Assembly: GCA_033442325.1 (NCBI GenBank)
Contig: JAWQFM010000029.1
Coordinates: 214,966 to 278,965 of the forward strand
Length of the DNA stretch: 64,000 nucleotides
Direction: 5' to 3'
Source: Salpingoeca rosetta
Lineage: Eukaryota; Protista; Choanoflagellata
In this document: one piece after another, positions 34,419 through 58,326 of the stretch
Position numbering within the stretch: position 1 is the first letter of the stretch
Layout: every line of letters begins with the position of its first letter
The notes under the pieces: model-generated
The model's database searches: none
What the model saw: only the letters and a program-made list of their open reading frames with translations
Told to the model about the DNA's origin: nothing
Position numbers and translations under genes: made by a program

Positions 34419-35687
34419 ATGATGATCACCACCACCACCACCCGCAGCCTGATGCTGGTGTTGTTGAGTGTTGTTGCGGTGACGGTGGCGCGGGCGAATG
34501 GAGAAGGAGGGGATGCGGTTGCAGTGCAGGTTGACGAGTTTGGGGACCTGCACATGAACACGAGCTGCCCTGGGTCCGACTGCGGAGGGCGCAAGGTGTT
34601 TGTGAACGGGCAGCCCGTGGTGGAGCAGCTGCTGGAGGCGGAGGCGTTTGTTGACGCGATGGCGGCGCGGCTGTGCGAGGCATCATCCCCCCTGAGTGTG
34701 GACGCGACACCTGGCCCGGATAGTGCATCCTTCTCTGGCGTGGTGCTGGCCCCCAACAACAACAAGTTGTACATGATCCCGTACGGACCAGACATCATCC
34801 CCATCGTCGACCCGCTGCTCAAGACCGTGGACACGACGACCCTGTACCAGTTTCCGGGTGCCGTTCGAAACAGCTGGGTCGATGGCGTCCTGAGCAGCAC
34901 TGGCTTGATCGTCGGCGTTCCTGGCGGTGCAAAAGCCGTGTTGGTGATTGACCCCTTCAGCAACACTGCTGAGGCCACATCACTCGCCCTGAACGACGAG
35001 CGAGGGTTCAAGTGGCACGGCGGCGTGCTCGCGGACAACGGCTTCATCTACTGCATCCCCAACAACGCCGACACGGTGCTTGCCGTGTACCCGGAGAAGG
35101 GCCTCCTCAACACCTTCCAGCTGCCCGCGACCATCGATACGGTTGCAGTGGGCGGCATGTGGCGCGGCGGCGTGAAGGGCCGCGATGGGCGCATCTACGG
35201 CATCCCCGGCACGGCGTCGTCCGTGCTTGTCATCGACCCCGCCACAAACACCTTCGACGTCACCAGCGTTTCCATCAACGTGCCTCCCGTGCTGTACCGG
35301 TGGCAGGGCGGCGTGCTCGCAAGCAACGGGCTCATCTACGTCACGCCGTACAACGCGGAGGCGGTGCTGGTGATTGATCCGCAGCACGGCACCACGTCCA
35401 TGCTGCCGCTCACCAGCCCGGTCAAGGCTGGGTGGGCAGGTGCGGTTGTCAACCCGGTAGATGGCCGCATCTACATGCTCCCATATGACGCACGGCACGT
35501 GCTCATCGTGGACCCTGCAACCAACACCGTCGACGAGACCACAGCGGACATCACCAACCTAGCGCCACCGTACCATAAGTGGTGGAACGGTGCCTACATT
35601 GAGGCGACCAGGACTGTGTACGGGTTTCCCAGAAGCGCCCAGGGCTTCCTTGGTGTGGACGCAGACCTCGCAAGCGTGTGCTGGTGA
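34419..35687 (+). CDS. Secreted beta-propeller repeat protein (intronless)
   Basis: Signal peptide (SLMLVLLSVVAVTVARA) followed by about 7 repeats of W-x-GGVLA-x-NG-x-IY-x-x-P...VLVIDP. Confidence 0.8.
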   Translation: MMITTTTTRSLMLVLLSVVAVTVARANGEGGDAVAVQVDEFGDLHMNTSCPGSDCGGRKVFVNGQPVVEQLLEAEAFVDAMAARLCEASSPLSVDATPGPDSASFSGVVLAPNNNKLYMIPYGPDIIPIVDPLLKTVDTTTLYQFPGAVRNSWVDGVLSSTGLIVGVPGGAKAVLVIDPFSNTAEATSLALNDERGFKWHGGVLADNGFIYCIPNNADTVLAVYPEKGLLNTFQLPATIDTVAVGGMWRGGVKGRDGRIYGIPGTASSVLVIDPATNTFDVTSVSINVPPVLYRWQGGVLASNGLIYVTPYNAEAVLVIDPQHGTTSMLPLTSPVKAGWAGAVVNPVDGRIYMLPYDARHVLIVDPATNTVDETTADITNLAPPYHKWWNGAYIEATRTVYGFPRSAQGFLGVDADLASVCW

Positions 35688-36457
35688 TGTGTGTTGAGTG
35701 TGTATTGAGTGTTGTGTGTGTGATATGTGTGTGTGATATGTGTGTGCGTGATGTGTCTGGTGTGTAGTGTTGGTGTGTCGAGAGCGTGTATGGAGTAAAG
35801 TGTGTAGCATAGAGGTATGTGTTTGCATGTATGTAGCAAATGATAAGTGCACGAGTCAATGTGTGTTGCTGCCTGGTTGAATTCCAAGGCATGTGAAGTT
35901 GCCACGTTGTGAGTGATGTAACCTCAAGCGCCCCCCCCCCCTTTACTCTAGCCCACTTCCCCATGTTACCCTCCTTGCGCCCATAAACGCAGTAGTAGCA
36001 ACGATGATGTGGCGCTTGTTCAATGTCACAACACACACATGCACGCACGCACACACACACACGCACAAGTCACATAACCTTGACGATAACCAAGGTACAG
36101 CATGGACAACAGAGACGGCGACGATGAAAGAACACGACCGCGAAGACGAGGCGGTGCAAGGCCCGCGTACACGCCCTCACAATCACACAATCACACACAC
36201 ATAAGACGAGACACAAACCCAAAGGCGATCGTAGAGCGGGGTCACCACACTTGGGCCGACGACAGAGGTGGCGGGCAAGCAGCCGCACTGCACACGTACG
36301 CACACACGCACATACCCACATTCACACATGCACATGCGTTCACACACACGTACGGCCACTTACAACACGCACAGCACGCATAGGAACAGCAGGGGGACGA
36401 TGGCAAGTTAGAAGATTGAAACTGTAAACGACATGGCACAAGCTGAACGTGTGCTGC

Positions 36458-37127
36458 TTAGAAGACGCCGGTGTGGATGCCGTTCTTGTTCAGGGTCCAC
36501 TTGGAGATGCTGCACAGCGGTGAGGGTGTGAGGAGGAGGGTGAGCGGGTGAGGAGGAGGGGTGAAGGTTTGGTAGGAAGAAGAGTAGCTGACGGCACGCA
36601 GACACACACATACACACGCACGCGCACATGCACGCACATGCAGACACACGCACACACACAGACACACGCACGCGCACACACACATTGCACAAACGCACAG
36701 GAAAGGCGCGATGAAGCCGGTCGAAAGGAAACCAAAGACGTAGGCAAAGACGCGACCCTTGTTCTGGGGACCATTGCGGAAGGGGAAGGACTGTCATGGC
36801 AGATGCAAGTGCGTGAGATGAGTTTGGAATATCGACGGGGGAGAGGAGAGTGGAGCAAACGGCATGCGGGAGCGAACACACGCATCGAACCAGTATCAAC
36901 ACATATACATGCACACACACAAACAAACACATGCACACACACAAACAAACACATGCGCGCGCACACGTGCAAACACCCACACCCACACACACACACACAC
37001 ACACACACCCACACACACACACCTCGCCAGGCTGGAGCTTGTCGAGCTCAGCGCGCATGGGCATGCGCTGGGCAGGGGTGCGGACAAGACGGCGGGCAAG
37101 GATGCCGGCACTGCGAACACCAGACAT
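36458..37127 (-). CDS. COX7C: Cytochrome c oxidase subunit VIIc
   Basis: Exons 37127-37023, 36790-36699 and 36509-36458 splice in frame to [16 protein letters not shown]...[43 protein letters not shown]...: a transit peptide plus the COX7C-like PF...GF-x-APF pattern. Confidence 0.75.
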
Positions 37128-37546
37128 GATGGACGGTTGCTTGGTGGTGGAGGAGGGAAAAAGGGAAGGAAGAGAGATCTGCAACTCGAAACAGACAAGA
37201 CAACACGACAGCACCAGAGAAAGGACAAGTAAAGGACACCACAGAGACAAACAAACATGTGATGAGCGGTTGGTCTGCGACAAGAGGCGATTTCCGCGCA
37301 CGCGCGATGAACGCTTACATGCGTGCAGTGGCATCTCATCCACTGCATCCACATCATCACACGTCGTCGCCTGCCCTTTCGCCTCCCGCAGTGCGCCCAC
37401 TTCTCCCTTCTCCTCCTCATCACTCTCCTCCTCTCTGCACACCTGCTGTATCGGTAGTTGCTGCTTGCGTCTTGGTCAAATGACACTAAATGCAAAATAT
37501 TGCCCAATTGCTCAGTGGCACCAAATGGCACACACACATACTCACA

Positions 37547-37578
<32 letters not shown>

Positions 37579-37662
37579 CACACACATACTCACATACCAC
37601 GCGAGACGGCTGCAGACTGAGAAAAGAAACGGCGACCGACACACAACAGGCGGACTGTCGCA

Positions 37663-47889
<10,227 letters not shown>

Positions 47890-48501
47890 CGTCGTGTAGC
47901 GTGGGAAACATGCATAGGCTGACACGTGTTTGGTTGTTGATGTTGTGTTTTGTTGTTGTTGTTGTTGTTGTCGTCGTCGTCGTTGTTGTTGTCGTCGTTG
48001 TTGACGTTTTGTTGTTGTTGTTTGTTGTGTTCAATGGCTGCGCACACATTATTATGCGTGCACACGTTGTGTTTGCGGTTGTAGGCAGATAGTCTTGTGA
48101 TGGCATCACTTTAACCCCAACTAAACAAAGCAACGACGGTGAACTGGCTTGAACACAAGCCGCAGCACGCTGCCAGAAAGTGTGGCATGTGCTTCGAACG
48201 GAAGGCTGCTATATTGCTTGGCGAATGAGAGCACTGCACTCGCACACAATTGGCGGAGAGTCAACCCATCAGGTGCAATGTTGTGGAACAAACAACAAAA
48301 TGCGAACAGACGACACCGCGCTGCGAGTGCATACCCACGCACAAAACACGCTGCACATGCACACACACACACACACGCATGTCAATCTAATGAACAACAA
48401 CAACAGCAGCAACAACAAGTCATGTTCGATCCACACTGCAAGCCGACGAACACAGCAGTGACAACCACAATCACAACAAGCCGCCATCACCACCACTATC
48501 A

Positions 48502-49388
48502 TCACGAGGTGAGCTGCGGGGAGGTCATAAAGAGGCGTGTTTCGGACTTCTTGATCCATTTCAACAGCGCCAACACAGACGCTGTCACCGTCTGCTTTGT
48601 GGCAAGCGCATCAAACACCGCATACAGCTCAAACGTCGCAGTCGCCTGCACGAAGGTGTTGGTGTGTATTTATGTATGTGTGTGTTTGTGTGTGTTGTTA
48701 TTGTGCATGCATGTGTGTGTGTTGTTATTGTGCGTGCATGTGTGTGTGCGTGCATGTGTGTGTGGTGTTATTGTGCGTGCATGTGTGTGTGCGTGTGCGT
48801 GTGTCAATTGAAGCGTCTCGTCGTCAAGAAATGCAAGGGCGAGTGTCTCACGCGCACACACACACACGCACGCACACACGCACGCACACAAGCGAGCACT
48901 CACCCATCCCAGCACGGCCTCCTGCAGCGATGAGCGGAAGAAGAGCTTAACGGGGCGATTGTTGGCGTGCATTTGACTCTCCACGTGCTGATACAGGCAG
49001 AACAACCTGAGAAAGTAGCAATGCGCGCGCATGTGTGTGTGTGTGTGTAGGTGCATGTCATGCTCAAGAAACGTGAAGGCGTGCACCATGTCACACATCA
49101 CCTCAACAACAGCATCGCATGCACGACCATCTCGCACCTTCTCTCCTCGTCCGGCTCCGAGTACGGCGGCTCCAGCGCCGGCACCGTGAACTGGCGGAGG
49201 CGGTGACGAGTCCACATCAATGTGAATGAGGGGTCAGGGACAGCAGCATCATGAGTGAGAGAGAGAGCACGAGAGAGGGAGAGATTGTGTGTGTGTGTGT
49301 GACAGAGCGACGTGAAGAAGTAGATCCGTGCATGACCGTGAAAGTTGGGAACGCAAGACAGGCAGGAGGGGAACGCGGTGCGACTTTG

Positions 49389-49431
<43 letters not shown>

Positions 49432-49881
49432 CACCTGGTTTGTCTTGATGTGTTTGTACACAAAGTGCCGCAAGTCAGGGATCTTCAACGTCGCTGTGAA
49501 GATGGGATGAATCGTGCGTGTGTGTGTTGTGTGTGTGCGTATGTGTGTGTGTGTGTGTATGTGTGTGTGTGTGTGTGTGCAATGAAAGAGGATCACCGCA
49601 TCAGCTGTCAATGCAAGCACAAGCACAAGCACACACAGTTGCCCCCAATGCCCCCCATCCCTCGACCAACGCATGCGAACGTACAAACTCTGAAGGATTC
49701 TGCTCTGACGGCGCGAAGAACACCGGCAAGCAGTTTGCTGTCGGCCAGGGACTGGTGGTGGTAATGGTGGTGGTGGTGACGGCGGTGAGGAGGAGGGGGA
49801 GGAAGGAGGAGGAGGAGGAGGATGAGATGAATGACACGAAAGAAGACGCAATGTTGTCATTTCCACGCATAGCAGACGTAA

Positions 49882-49975
<94 letters not shown>

Positions 49976-52310
49976 ACGCGCGCATATTTGTAGCCTCACC
50001 GAGACAATTTCATTACGGCAGGTTGAGAGGGTTTTAAACGCGTCCTGCTTGTTGGAGAGGAGGAGGAGAAATATTCCTTCTTCCTCGTGCAAGTATGTCA
50101 CGTGCGCGTGCATGAAACCGGACGAGTTGAAGTGCGGAAGACAGAGCGGCATCCACGTCTCTCCGACATCAAACGACCGCGTTGGCGTCTGCACCACATT
50201 CAACATCAGCAGAATGTCTAGTGGCGCACGTTGGTGTTGGGGATCCGGGTGTGGGGCGATGGGGTGAGCAAGGATGGAAGAGGGGGCCCAGCAACACAAG
50301 TTGGTATTGCAGTACACCACTGTTTAACGTCGCACAACATTCACACACCAAATACACACACTGTTCACAACACACCACACATCACCACCATGTCAACCAC
50401 GGCCACCACCACAATCACCACCACAATCACAACCACGGGCACCTTGCGGTTTCAGCGGGAAGCGGCGCGGGCGCATGAGGGACATGACTTTGCCGTTGCC
50501 GACAACAAGCGCAAACACGACCTCCTGTTGCCACGACGGTGAGGTGCGGTGATGTGATGTGAGGTGAGGTGATGTGATGGGTGGTGGCGTTAATACATGG
50601 TGCACGGTGAGGATGTGGGGAGGATGGTCAGTTGACGAGAAGAAGCAAGCAGCAAACGCAGGTATGGTATCCCCCGCAAACACAATCTATACACACACCA
50701 CCACCACCACCACCACCACCACCACCACCACGAGCAGCAGCACCAAGCCACCTTACCCACCTTCTGCTTGTGCTGCTGGATGAGAGCGCCAAGTTTGTCG
50801 CGAACGGACGGATCCATTGGCAGACACTGATACGCATTGAGGAAGAACGCATAGTCGCTGGGGTGGGAATTGGGAGGGGTTGGAGAGAAGGGTGGGTGGG
50901 GTTAGAAAGTGGCGACTGCATGAGACGATACGCGTGAGTGAACACGAAACGCAATGCTGGAACAAGCAAAACCGCACTTGTGGCTCAAGTTCACCACCAC
51001 GCCACACTGCATGACCACAGTATCACCACACAACTCACGCTTGGAGCCGGTCGATGAGATGCTCTGTAAACTTCTCCATGCCGGCGAGATGGCAGCGCAG
51101 ATCGTAGTTGGACCAGCGGTGGAACGCGCGCTGGATGTGGCTCAGGGTCGTGATGGACAGTAGCTGGCTGTACACGTACTCAAGCTGCTGCTTCAACTGT
51201 GTGCGTGTGTGCAGGGGGGGGGGTTGATTCAGGTGTAAGTTGAAAGAGTTGCAATGGCAGAGAAACATGCGCGTACCCATTTACTCGTTCACTCATTCAC
51301 TCAGTCACACACACACACAAGCTTACTCACTCATTCACTCACTCACACTCACACACACACACACGCACACACACACACACTCATTCACACTCTCTCACTC
51401 ACTCACTCACTCACTCACTCACTCACTCACACACCACATCACCACGCACGTGTTTGACGGCTTCGCCGGTCTTTGAGACCATGAGCAGATACAGCGGCGA
51501 GCGGACGAGAAACACAAAGTAAAACTCCCCAGCCTTGAACCACCTGCATAATTGGGAGAGGTATGGGTGAGGGGATGTCGAATGGCAAGCAAACGAGTAG
51601 CAAACGAGCGTTTCCAGCACCAATACCCACACAACACAGCACACACACACACACACAACACACACACACACATACACAACACACACACATACATACACAA
51701 CACACACACACAACACACACACACACATACATACACACACACAGCGCGTACATGAGTTCATCGCGTTCGTCCTCTGTCATTTCCTTTTGCTGGCGGAAGG
51801 GCACAGAACCGTGAGTGCCGTCCGGGCGCCTGTAGTTCTCCTCAATGAAGGAGATCAGCGCTTGGATCACGCCAGCCCGCGTCACAATCATGTCCTCGCT
51901 CCCGTGCCTGTGACAGCATAGCACACACGCAGAAGTATGAGGACATGCACGCACGGACGCACGCATGCACGGACGCACGCACACATGCGTGAGAACATGC
52001 ATGTACGTGCCCAACAGCGAGATGCAGCGAAGACTGGCATGAGCAAACACCGCAATCGTCAAGCCTCACCTGGTGTAGATGGGCTTTCCCGCATCACTGA
52101 GGATGATGATGTGTTTGTCCTCTTCTACCCACGATGCCTCCTCCAGCGCAGCATCTGTTGTGAGACGGTGGATCACACCGCAGGCCGAAGTTTAGGCAAG
52201 GGCTTGAGAATGGGCGAGCAAAACGATGGTGCCCACGCACAAACAGAAACACGCACACGTATACAGCCACACATACACGCACACAAAGGAACTCGCACAC
52301 CAAAGCGCGC

Positions 52311-52344
<34 letters not shown>

Positions 52345-52670
52345 CAAAAAACAGAGAGTCTCTAACGATGCGGCTTTGCAGCCGTCATTTCGAAGACAAC
52401 GGTATGAGACGGTTAGCAGATTTTTCTAGTCACACAGCTGGCACCAAGAGGTCCGATCACCGCGGGTCTGTGTATAATGCCCAGGTGCATGCCAATGTAG
52501 CAAAATCATTCAAGTTCCACATTCTTCCGCTTCTTCTAGGATGACCTGTAATTTCGGGTATTTCGGGCTATTAGTCTTAGTAGGTTACCTCAGACCGAGC
52601 AGAAAAGTTGGGGAACTAGATTAGTGTCGCACATACACGCACACAAAGGAACTCGCACACCAAAGCGCGC

Positions 52671-52727
<57 letters not shown>

Positions 52728-53257
52728 GCCTTTCCCCCCTCCCCACACACACACACACCTGTCCTTTGTGGCTCCTCGGTGTCATGTCGAGAGGTGATGG
52801 AGCTGGCATGTGAACGGACTGTTGGGGAGCGCCCTTGCGACAGCTCCTCGTAAGCACGTCGAACATTGCTGCCCGCGCGACTCCGCTTTCCCTCACCCTC
52901 GCCAGCACGGAAACTGTTCCCTCTCGAAGCACGTGCGTCCTCGCCTCTGTCACCCTCTGTCATCGCATCGTTCTCGCCCGCATCATCGTCGTCCATGTCC
53001 TCGTCATCGTCGTGCTGGTTGAACGAATCCTCCATGTGAAATACCACGTCCGGCTTTGACAACTCCAGCGGGTTGTCATCCTCGTCCTCGCCGCCAAGCT
53101 CACCATCACCACCATTGCCACCTTCGCCGTCGTCATCCACGTGTGCTCCGGGCTCCCCATCGAGATCCAAGCCCTCACTCTCCAGGGTCAGCCGCCGCTC
53201 CAGCTCCTCCAGCTCCGTCGCATCAGCGAGGTGCTGCTCCTGTTGGCTGCTGCTCAT
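48502..53257 (-). CDS. MON1: Vacuolar fusion protein MON1 (multi-exon)
   Basis: KHIIILSDAGKPIYTR|HGSE, GVIQALISF, VFLVRSPLYL, QLEYVYSQLLS, NYDLR, ETWMPLCLPHFNSSGFMHAHV and LLKWIKKSETRLF. Confidence 0.92.
52270..52703. other. ~285-bp insertion flanked by ~74-bp direct repeats in MON1 intron 1
   Basis: CACATACACGCACACAAAGGAACTCGCACACCAAAGCGCGCACACG(CA)n at 52270 and 52630 (period 360) brackets non-repetitive, AT-richer DNA. Confidence 0.7.
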
Positions 53258-53521
53258 CCTCTCGCCTTGGTGTTTGTTTGTTTGGCCTGAAAATAGGCCA
53301 CCAGCCTGATTCCAGTAGTGGCTTGCCAGCAGGAGCAAGCAGGACAACAGCGCAGTCATTTCAACCACAACAACACAAGCACCCTCACATCCTCACATCC
53401 ACCCTCCCACATAGCTTCTCTTAGATATCCACCCTTCCACCCTCCCACATCCAAGCATCCACCTCCCCCACCAACCCCTCCCCCGAACTCCCAAACATAC
53501 ACAGCACACTGCACACTTCAC

Positions 53522-55792
53522 ATGTCCTGCGACAGCAGCAGCGTGTGGGTGCTGGTTGCAGAGCAACTGCTCATGTCCAGCATGGCCTCAACCACACTAA
53601 GAAGAATTCCCTTCGTTTGTAACGCTGTAGCAGATTGGGATGGTCTCGAAGACCCTTTGGAGGACGCAAGTGTGTGGACGAAGAAGCATGTCCATGAAGT
53701 GAAGCGGGACACTGCGCGCGCCTTTGTCAACCTCATGCTGACGTGCCGTCAGCTGTACCACGACCTGCCATGGGCCATGCCAAAGTGGTGCCTGGCTGAT
53801 GTGCTGAGCACACACGTCTGGCGGATGGCCATCGCGCGTCGTGATCTCAAGATATTCATTGACGCGTTCCAGAAAGGGATTGCAGGCGCTCGTTCGCCGT
53901 TGTGCCCTCATGCGAACACGCCGCTACAGATCCTCGAGCAAAAAGCAGGCCCACCGCAGCGATCAAGCCGTCACGACCGCCCAGCTTCCAGTCGGGGCGT
54001 TTGGCTGGAGAACCGCTTCCTCGTGTACAGCTGGCTCGGTGCAACTTGGGACAGTGAATGTGCCTTCTTACGCACGAGGCTGAGGTCTCCTTTAGCGCTG
54101 GCTGACTTTTGGCGCTCCTTCGCCCGCTTTGGTCGCGTCTCCTACGCGTCACTTGGGAACCTGGAGGCTTGGTGTGGTACGCAGCCTGACCGCTCGGGTG
54201 CAGCTGACCACGACCACACCGCAAGTCATGATGGCTCTGACCAACAGAGCCAACACGTTCCACAGTCCAAGGGTGACAAGGAGGATACGCCTGCCCCAAT
54301 GGACTCACGCACAGACCCATCCGACACGCAGTCCCGCCACACGGTCGGAGGAAGTGAAACGCACCCAATCAACGCCACCCCCGCGCTGTTTTCCCTCGAA
54401 GCCAACTTGAATGATCAGAGAGATGCCGACCGCTTCCACGAACTGCGCACGCGGGCTTTGGGAAATGCGCGTGGAGATCGCGTCGCGCTTCACGTGAAAA
54501 CGTCGCTCTCGTCACTGTCTGCGTGCAACATCAACGAGCTCACAATTCGCTCCCTGTTCGCCGAAGTCGAGCAGATGAGACTGTCCACCGTGCAACGCGT
54601 GCACTGGTTCGCGAACAAGCAGCGGCAGGCCATTCACGGCAACATCCACAACGTGCGCCGGTTTGACACTCACCACTCTGTTCCACTCGACGCGGACAGC
54701 GCCATCGCCAGCGTTCCCTGCATTCAGCTGGATGACAACGCCGCTGCTGATCTAACGCCCCTGCACCGCGTGACCAAGCTTATCCTCAACAAGGTCTGTG
54801 TTACCAATGGACTTTCTGTGGTGGCATCCGCTCAAGACATTGAGCTCCGCGATATGCCGCTGAGCAGCAGCGTGCACACTCTCAACGCCACCCGTGTCAA
54901 GCTGCTGCGGTTGAGTAAGGCGCCAAACACGCTGCACCTCCCCCAGGCAAGCCGCATTGAACTAATTCATGCCGGGGTGCGGCGGATTACGTGCCCTCCA
55001 ATCCTGCGCAGATTGGTGGTTCGGGATGACACTGGCTCTTCACCTCCCGTGCCCGAATTCCATCACGCTGACACAGTGTTGCTTGATTTGCGGTACACGC
55101 GCCTCAGCCGTGAAGAGCTCGCCAACCTTGCACGCCGAGTCAGCAGGCTGGAGCTCAGTGGCGGTGTGGCTAGTATGCGCGACTTGGCCGGCATTCCATC
55201 CCACGCACATGTCAGCCTCGAGAATGTCTGTGTGGATGCGCCTGTGCCACTGTGTGTGAAGCACCTGCGGATCTCAATCGCGGAACGCCTCGACAGCCAG
55301 CTGGTGGCAGCGGTACCAGAGTTGTTCATTGACGGCCACTTTACCTATCCGCGCATCGACAACGTGCACCTGCTCTCTGGTCGCCAGAACCTGCGCATCT
55401 CATGTGCCTCCTTCAATGGGGACATTACGCATTGTACTCGCGTGTGGCTTGGCTTCTGCCACGGCCGAGGTACCTTGGCCTCCATCAGTTCCCTGACCGT
55501 GGAGGGCGCAACTGTGGGCGTGTCTGACTTGCGCGTGTATGACACGCCAACATGCCGCCTACGCTCCTGTGCCATTGAGGACAGTGCGGGCCTGCAAGGT
55601 ATCCACACGCTCGTGCTCGCTGCATGCACGTTTGATACCTTGGAGGGCCTTTCGTCTGTGCGCTGCCTCGTGGTTCACAGGTGCACGACGCCAGACAAAG
55701 TGTGGCTCTGGCCTGACACGGTTTTTGTGAACCGCCCTCTCGAGGAGATGACACGCTTGCTGGTGGCTGGCAAACACAGGAAACCCACGTGA
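53522..55792 (+). CDS. Intronless protein with degenerate C-terminal leucine-rich repeats
   Basis: Long ORF with LRR-like units (LHRVTKLIL, LQGIHTLVLAAC, LSSVRCLVVHRC). First ATG at 53522. Confidence 0.65.
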   Translation: MSCDSSSVWVLVAEQLLMSSMASTTLRRIPFVCNAVADWDGLEDPLEDASVWTKKHVHEVKRDTARAFVNLMLTCRQLYHDLPWAMPKWCLADVLSTHVWRMAIARRDLKIFIDAFQKGIAGARSPLCPHANTPLQILEQKAGPPQRSSRHDRPASSRGVWLENRFLVYSWLGATWDSECAFLRTRLRSPLALADFWRSFARFGRVSYASLGNLEAWCGTQPDRSGAADHDHTASHDGSDQQSQHVPQSKGDKEDTPAPMDSRTDPSDTQSRHTVGGSETHPINATPALFSLEANLNDQRDADRFHELRTRALGNARGDRVALHVKTSLSSLSACNINELTIRSLFAEVEQMRLSTVQRVHWFANKQRQAIHGNIHNVRRFDTHHSVPLDADSAIASVPCIQLDDNAAADLTPLHRVTKLILNKVCVTNGLSVVASAQDIELRDMPLSSSVHTLNATRVKLLRLSKAPNTLHLPQASRIELIHAGVRRITCPPILRRLVVRDDTGSSPPVPEFHHADTVLLDLRYTRLSREELANLARRVSRLELSGGVASMRDLAGIPSHAHVSLENVCVDAPVPLCVKHLRISIAERLDSQLVAAVPELFIDGHFTYPRIDNVHLLSGRQNLRISCASFNGDITHCTRVWLGFCHGRGTLASISSLTVEGATVGVSDLRVYDTPTCRLRSCAIEDSAGLQGIHTLVLAACTFDTLEGLSSVRCLVVHRCTTPDKVWLWPDTVFVNRPLEEMTRLLVAGKHRKPT

Positions 55793-56519
55793 CACACAAC
55801 TGGAGGGAAGGACCGATGGCGGGTAGAACGGAGGCGGAAGGGAGGCGGGAAGGAGACGGAAGGGAAGTGGGAAGAGACGGAAGGGAACTCGGGGTATTGA
55901 ATATCCGAACCTCGCTCATTCCAGCGCTTGACTGGGTGGGGGTTGTGAGCCTCCTCAATTTTGTGGTGTTCTAGTCAACTTTGGTTGCTTGACGTCATGG
56001 AAGGGTTGGTAGTTTGGAAACGCCTGCATGCTTCATATGCGCTGCTCGCGGTAAGGATATTGTTGCACAAGAGTACCTGAGGGCTGCATGTAGGGTTACG
56101 CCAATTAGACGTTTTGTTTTGTTGTTGGGGTTGTACAAGTTGAAAACAGTGCATGCGCGACCCACTGACTCGCATCTTCTCTTCTGTTGATGTGTGACGT
56201 GAAATGATGGAAAGGCATAAAGTGTCTGGCCGTCTCTCTTCCAACGCTCAACTGCGAGCTCGTTGATTACATACTTGCAGTTTCTAGGCTTCTCAGTCTT
56301 TGTTCTCATGCAGGTGAGGTGATGTGGCAGCCCCATAAAGTGCACACTCCAAGACTCCTCGCACCTACGAGACACAAACGCTGCCGCGTCTCTCACGCAA
56401 AACTTTTCCCAGTACACCATCCTTCAATGGAATGTTTCGTTGGACATGTATGACGTGATGTGGTCCGGTTGGGTTGTGGCGCAGGAAGACGGCTATGCTG
56501 TTGTGATGTGACTGGTGTG

Positions 56520-56557
<38 letters not shown>

Positions 56558-57279
56558 TGTTTGACTGCGACTTGGAGTAAGGTCTTGCTGCATTCTGTGC
56601 GGGACACGTGGTCGCAATAAAGAAGACAAGGTGATAAGATAAGTGACAACAATCAAGCACGGGGAATACAGACAGGCACAATGTGCGAGGGAGGCCAGCA
56701 AGGGTTCGGATCTAGTGGTGTTTGTGTCCTCGGTCAGGAGGAGTTTCGTCTTGTTGTTTGGTTCAGAATCTGATGTGCTGATCTTGCGCGGTTTGCTTGC
56801 ATGCGTGCTCATGCTGTGTTATGTATTCATCAGACAGATAAAAAAGAGCGCCAACACCATCAGACAAAGACCGCAATGGGGAACTGAGACGAAACGAAGC
56901 ACTGAAGAAGCGCCCTCGTGTGGTGTTAAAGAAGGTACAATGCACAGTCAAACACGAGCACCAGGACCCCACTTGCAACTCGTGTTTGATGAGGATGACG
57001 AGCGAAGAACCCGAGAACCAATCAGGCCAAGTGGCAAACAACCACCAAGCGGTGTAAGAATGCCACGCGGCAAAACAACCACACACATCCATCCAGTCCT
57101 ACACAAAACACACACACACACACTTGCCTACAACGTACACAGACACAGAGGCACACACGCACACATAAACACAACAAGCAAGCAGCAGCAATGAGGACAA
57201 GAGCCATGACAGAAAACAAAAGCACAGAGGTGCGATTGATCCAGACAGTGCCACGATTGTGCGAACAACACAAGTCAGC

Positions 57280-58274
57280 TCACGCGCACGTTGGCTCGAT
57301 CACCAAGAAGGCGGAGGAATAGCCTGTTGTCGAGTACACAGCACCATTGTCAGAGGTGCTGGCGTAGTCGCAGTATTTAGCTGGTGAGGATGCTTGCATG
57401 ACTTGCAGGGTTGTTGGGTCCACAGCGAGGACGGTTGAGGCACTCGACGGGACCATGTACACAAGGCCATCTGAAGCAGCAGCGCCACCGAGCCACTTGA
57501 AGGTGCTGGAGCTGAGGCCGGTGATGCTGGTGGTGTCGACGCTGTCGTCGCTTGGATCCACAATGAGTACGTAGGTGGCGCACGAGGGAACGCCAAAGAG
57601 GAGGCCATTTGGTGCTGCGACAAGGTCCGCGAAGGCTTTTTCGAAGGCTGGGGTGGCAATGGTGGAGATGGCGTTCGTGTCGGGATCGACGACGAGGACG
57701 TTGTTGCTGTTCCACGGCGCCATGAAGATGCGGCCGTCAGCAGCTACCTCGGCACCAATCCACTTGTAGGTGACGCCTGGTGCGTAAGCAGACACGTCGA
57801 TGCTGGTGTCTGCGGTGCCGGTCGCGGCGTCGATGATGAGGAGCTCGGATGCGCGATAAGGCGTGCCGTAGACCTTGCCGTTGGCAGCAGCGGCCCCGCG
57901 GTAGCAAGCGCTGGAGCAAGACGTTGAAAAGGTAGTGGTGCTGAAGCTGTTGTCGCTGGTGTCAATGATAAGCGCGATGTTTTTCAAATGATATGGGACG
58001 CAGATGGCGTATCCGTCAGAGAATGCGCCGCCGTACCAGTTCAGGTTCGTGCCGTATGCAGACACATCAATGGCTGTTGCGTTGACGCTGTCGTCGCTGG
58101 GGTCAATGGTCATCACATATGTCGATGAACCAGGGCACGCGTACCCAATGCCGTTGGAAGCGAACATGACGTCTGTCCATTTTGACTGACCAACTGTTGC
58201 TGTGCCGGCTGTGGTGACAGTGGTTGTACAAGTCGTCGTTGTCGTTGTCGTTGTTGTTGTTGTTGTGGTGGTGG

Positions 58275-58326
<52 letters not shown>

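Noticed and set aside
55800-57270. Possible gene or TE fragment (e.g. ORF 56643-57194)
   Set aside because: No recognisable motif or convincing exon structure.
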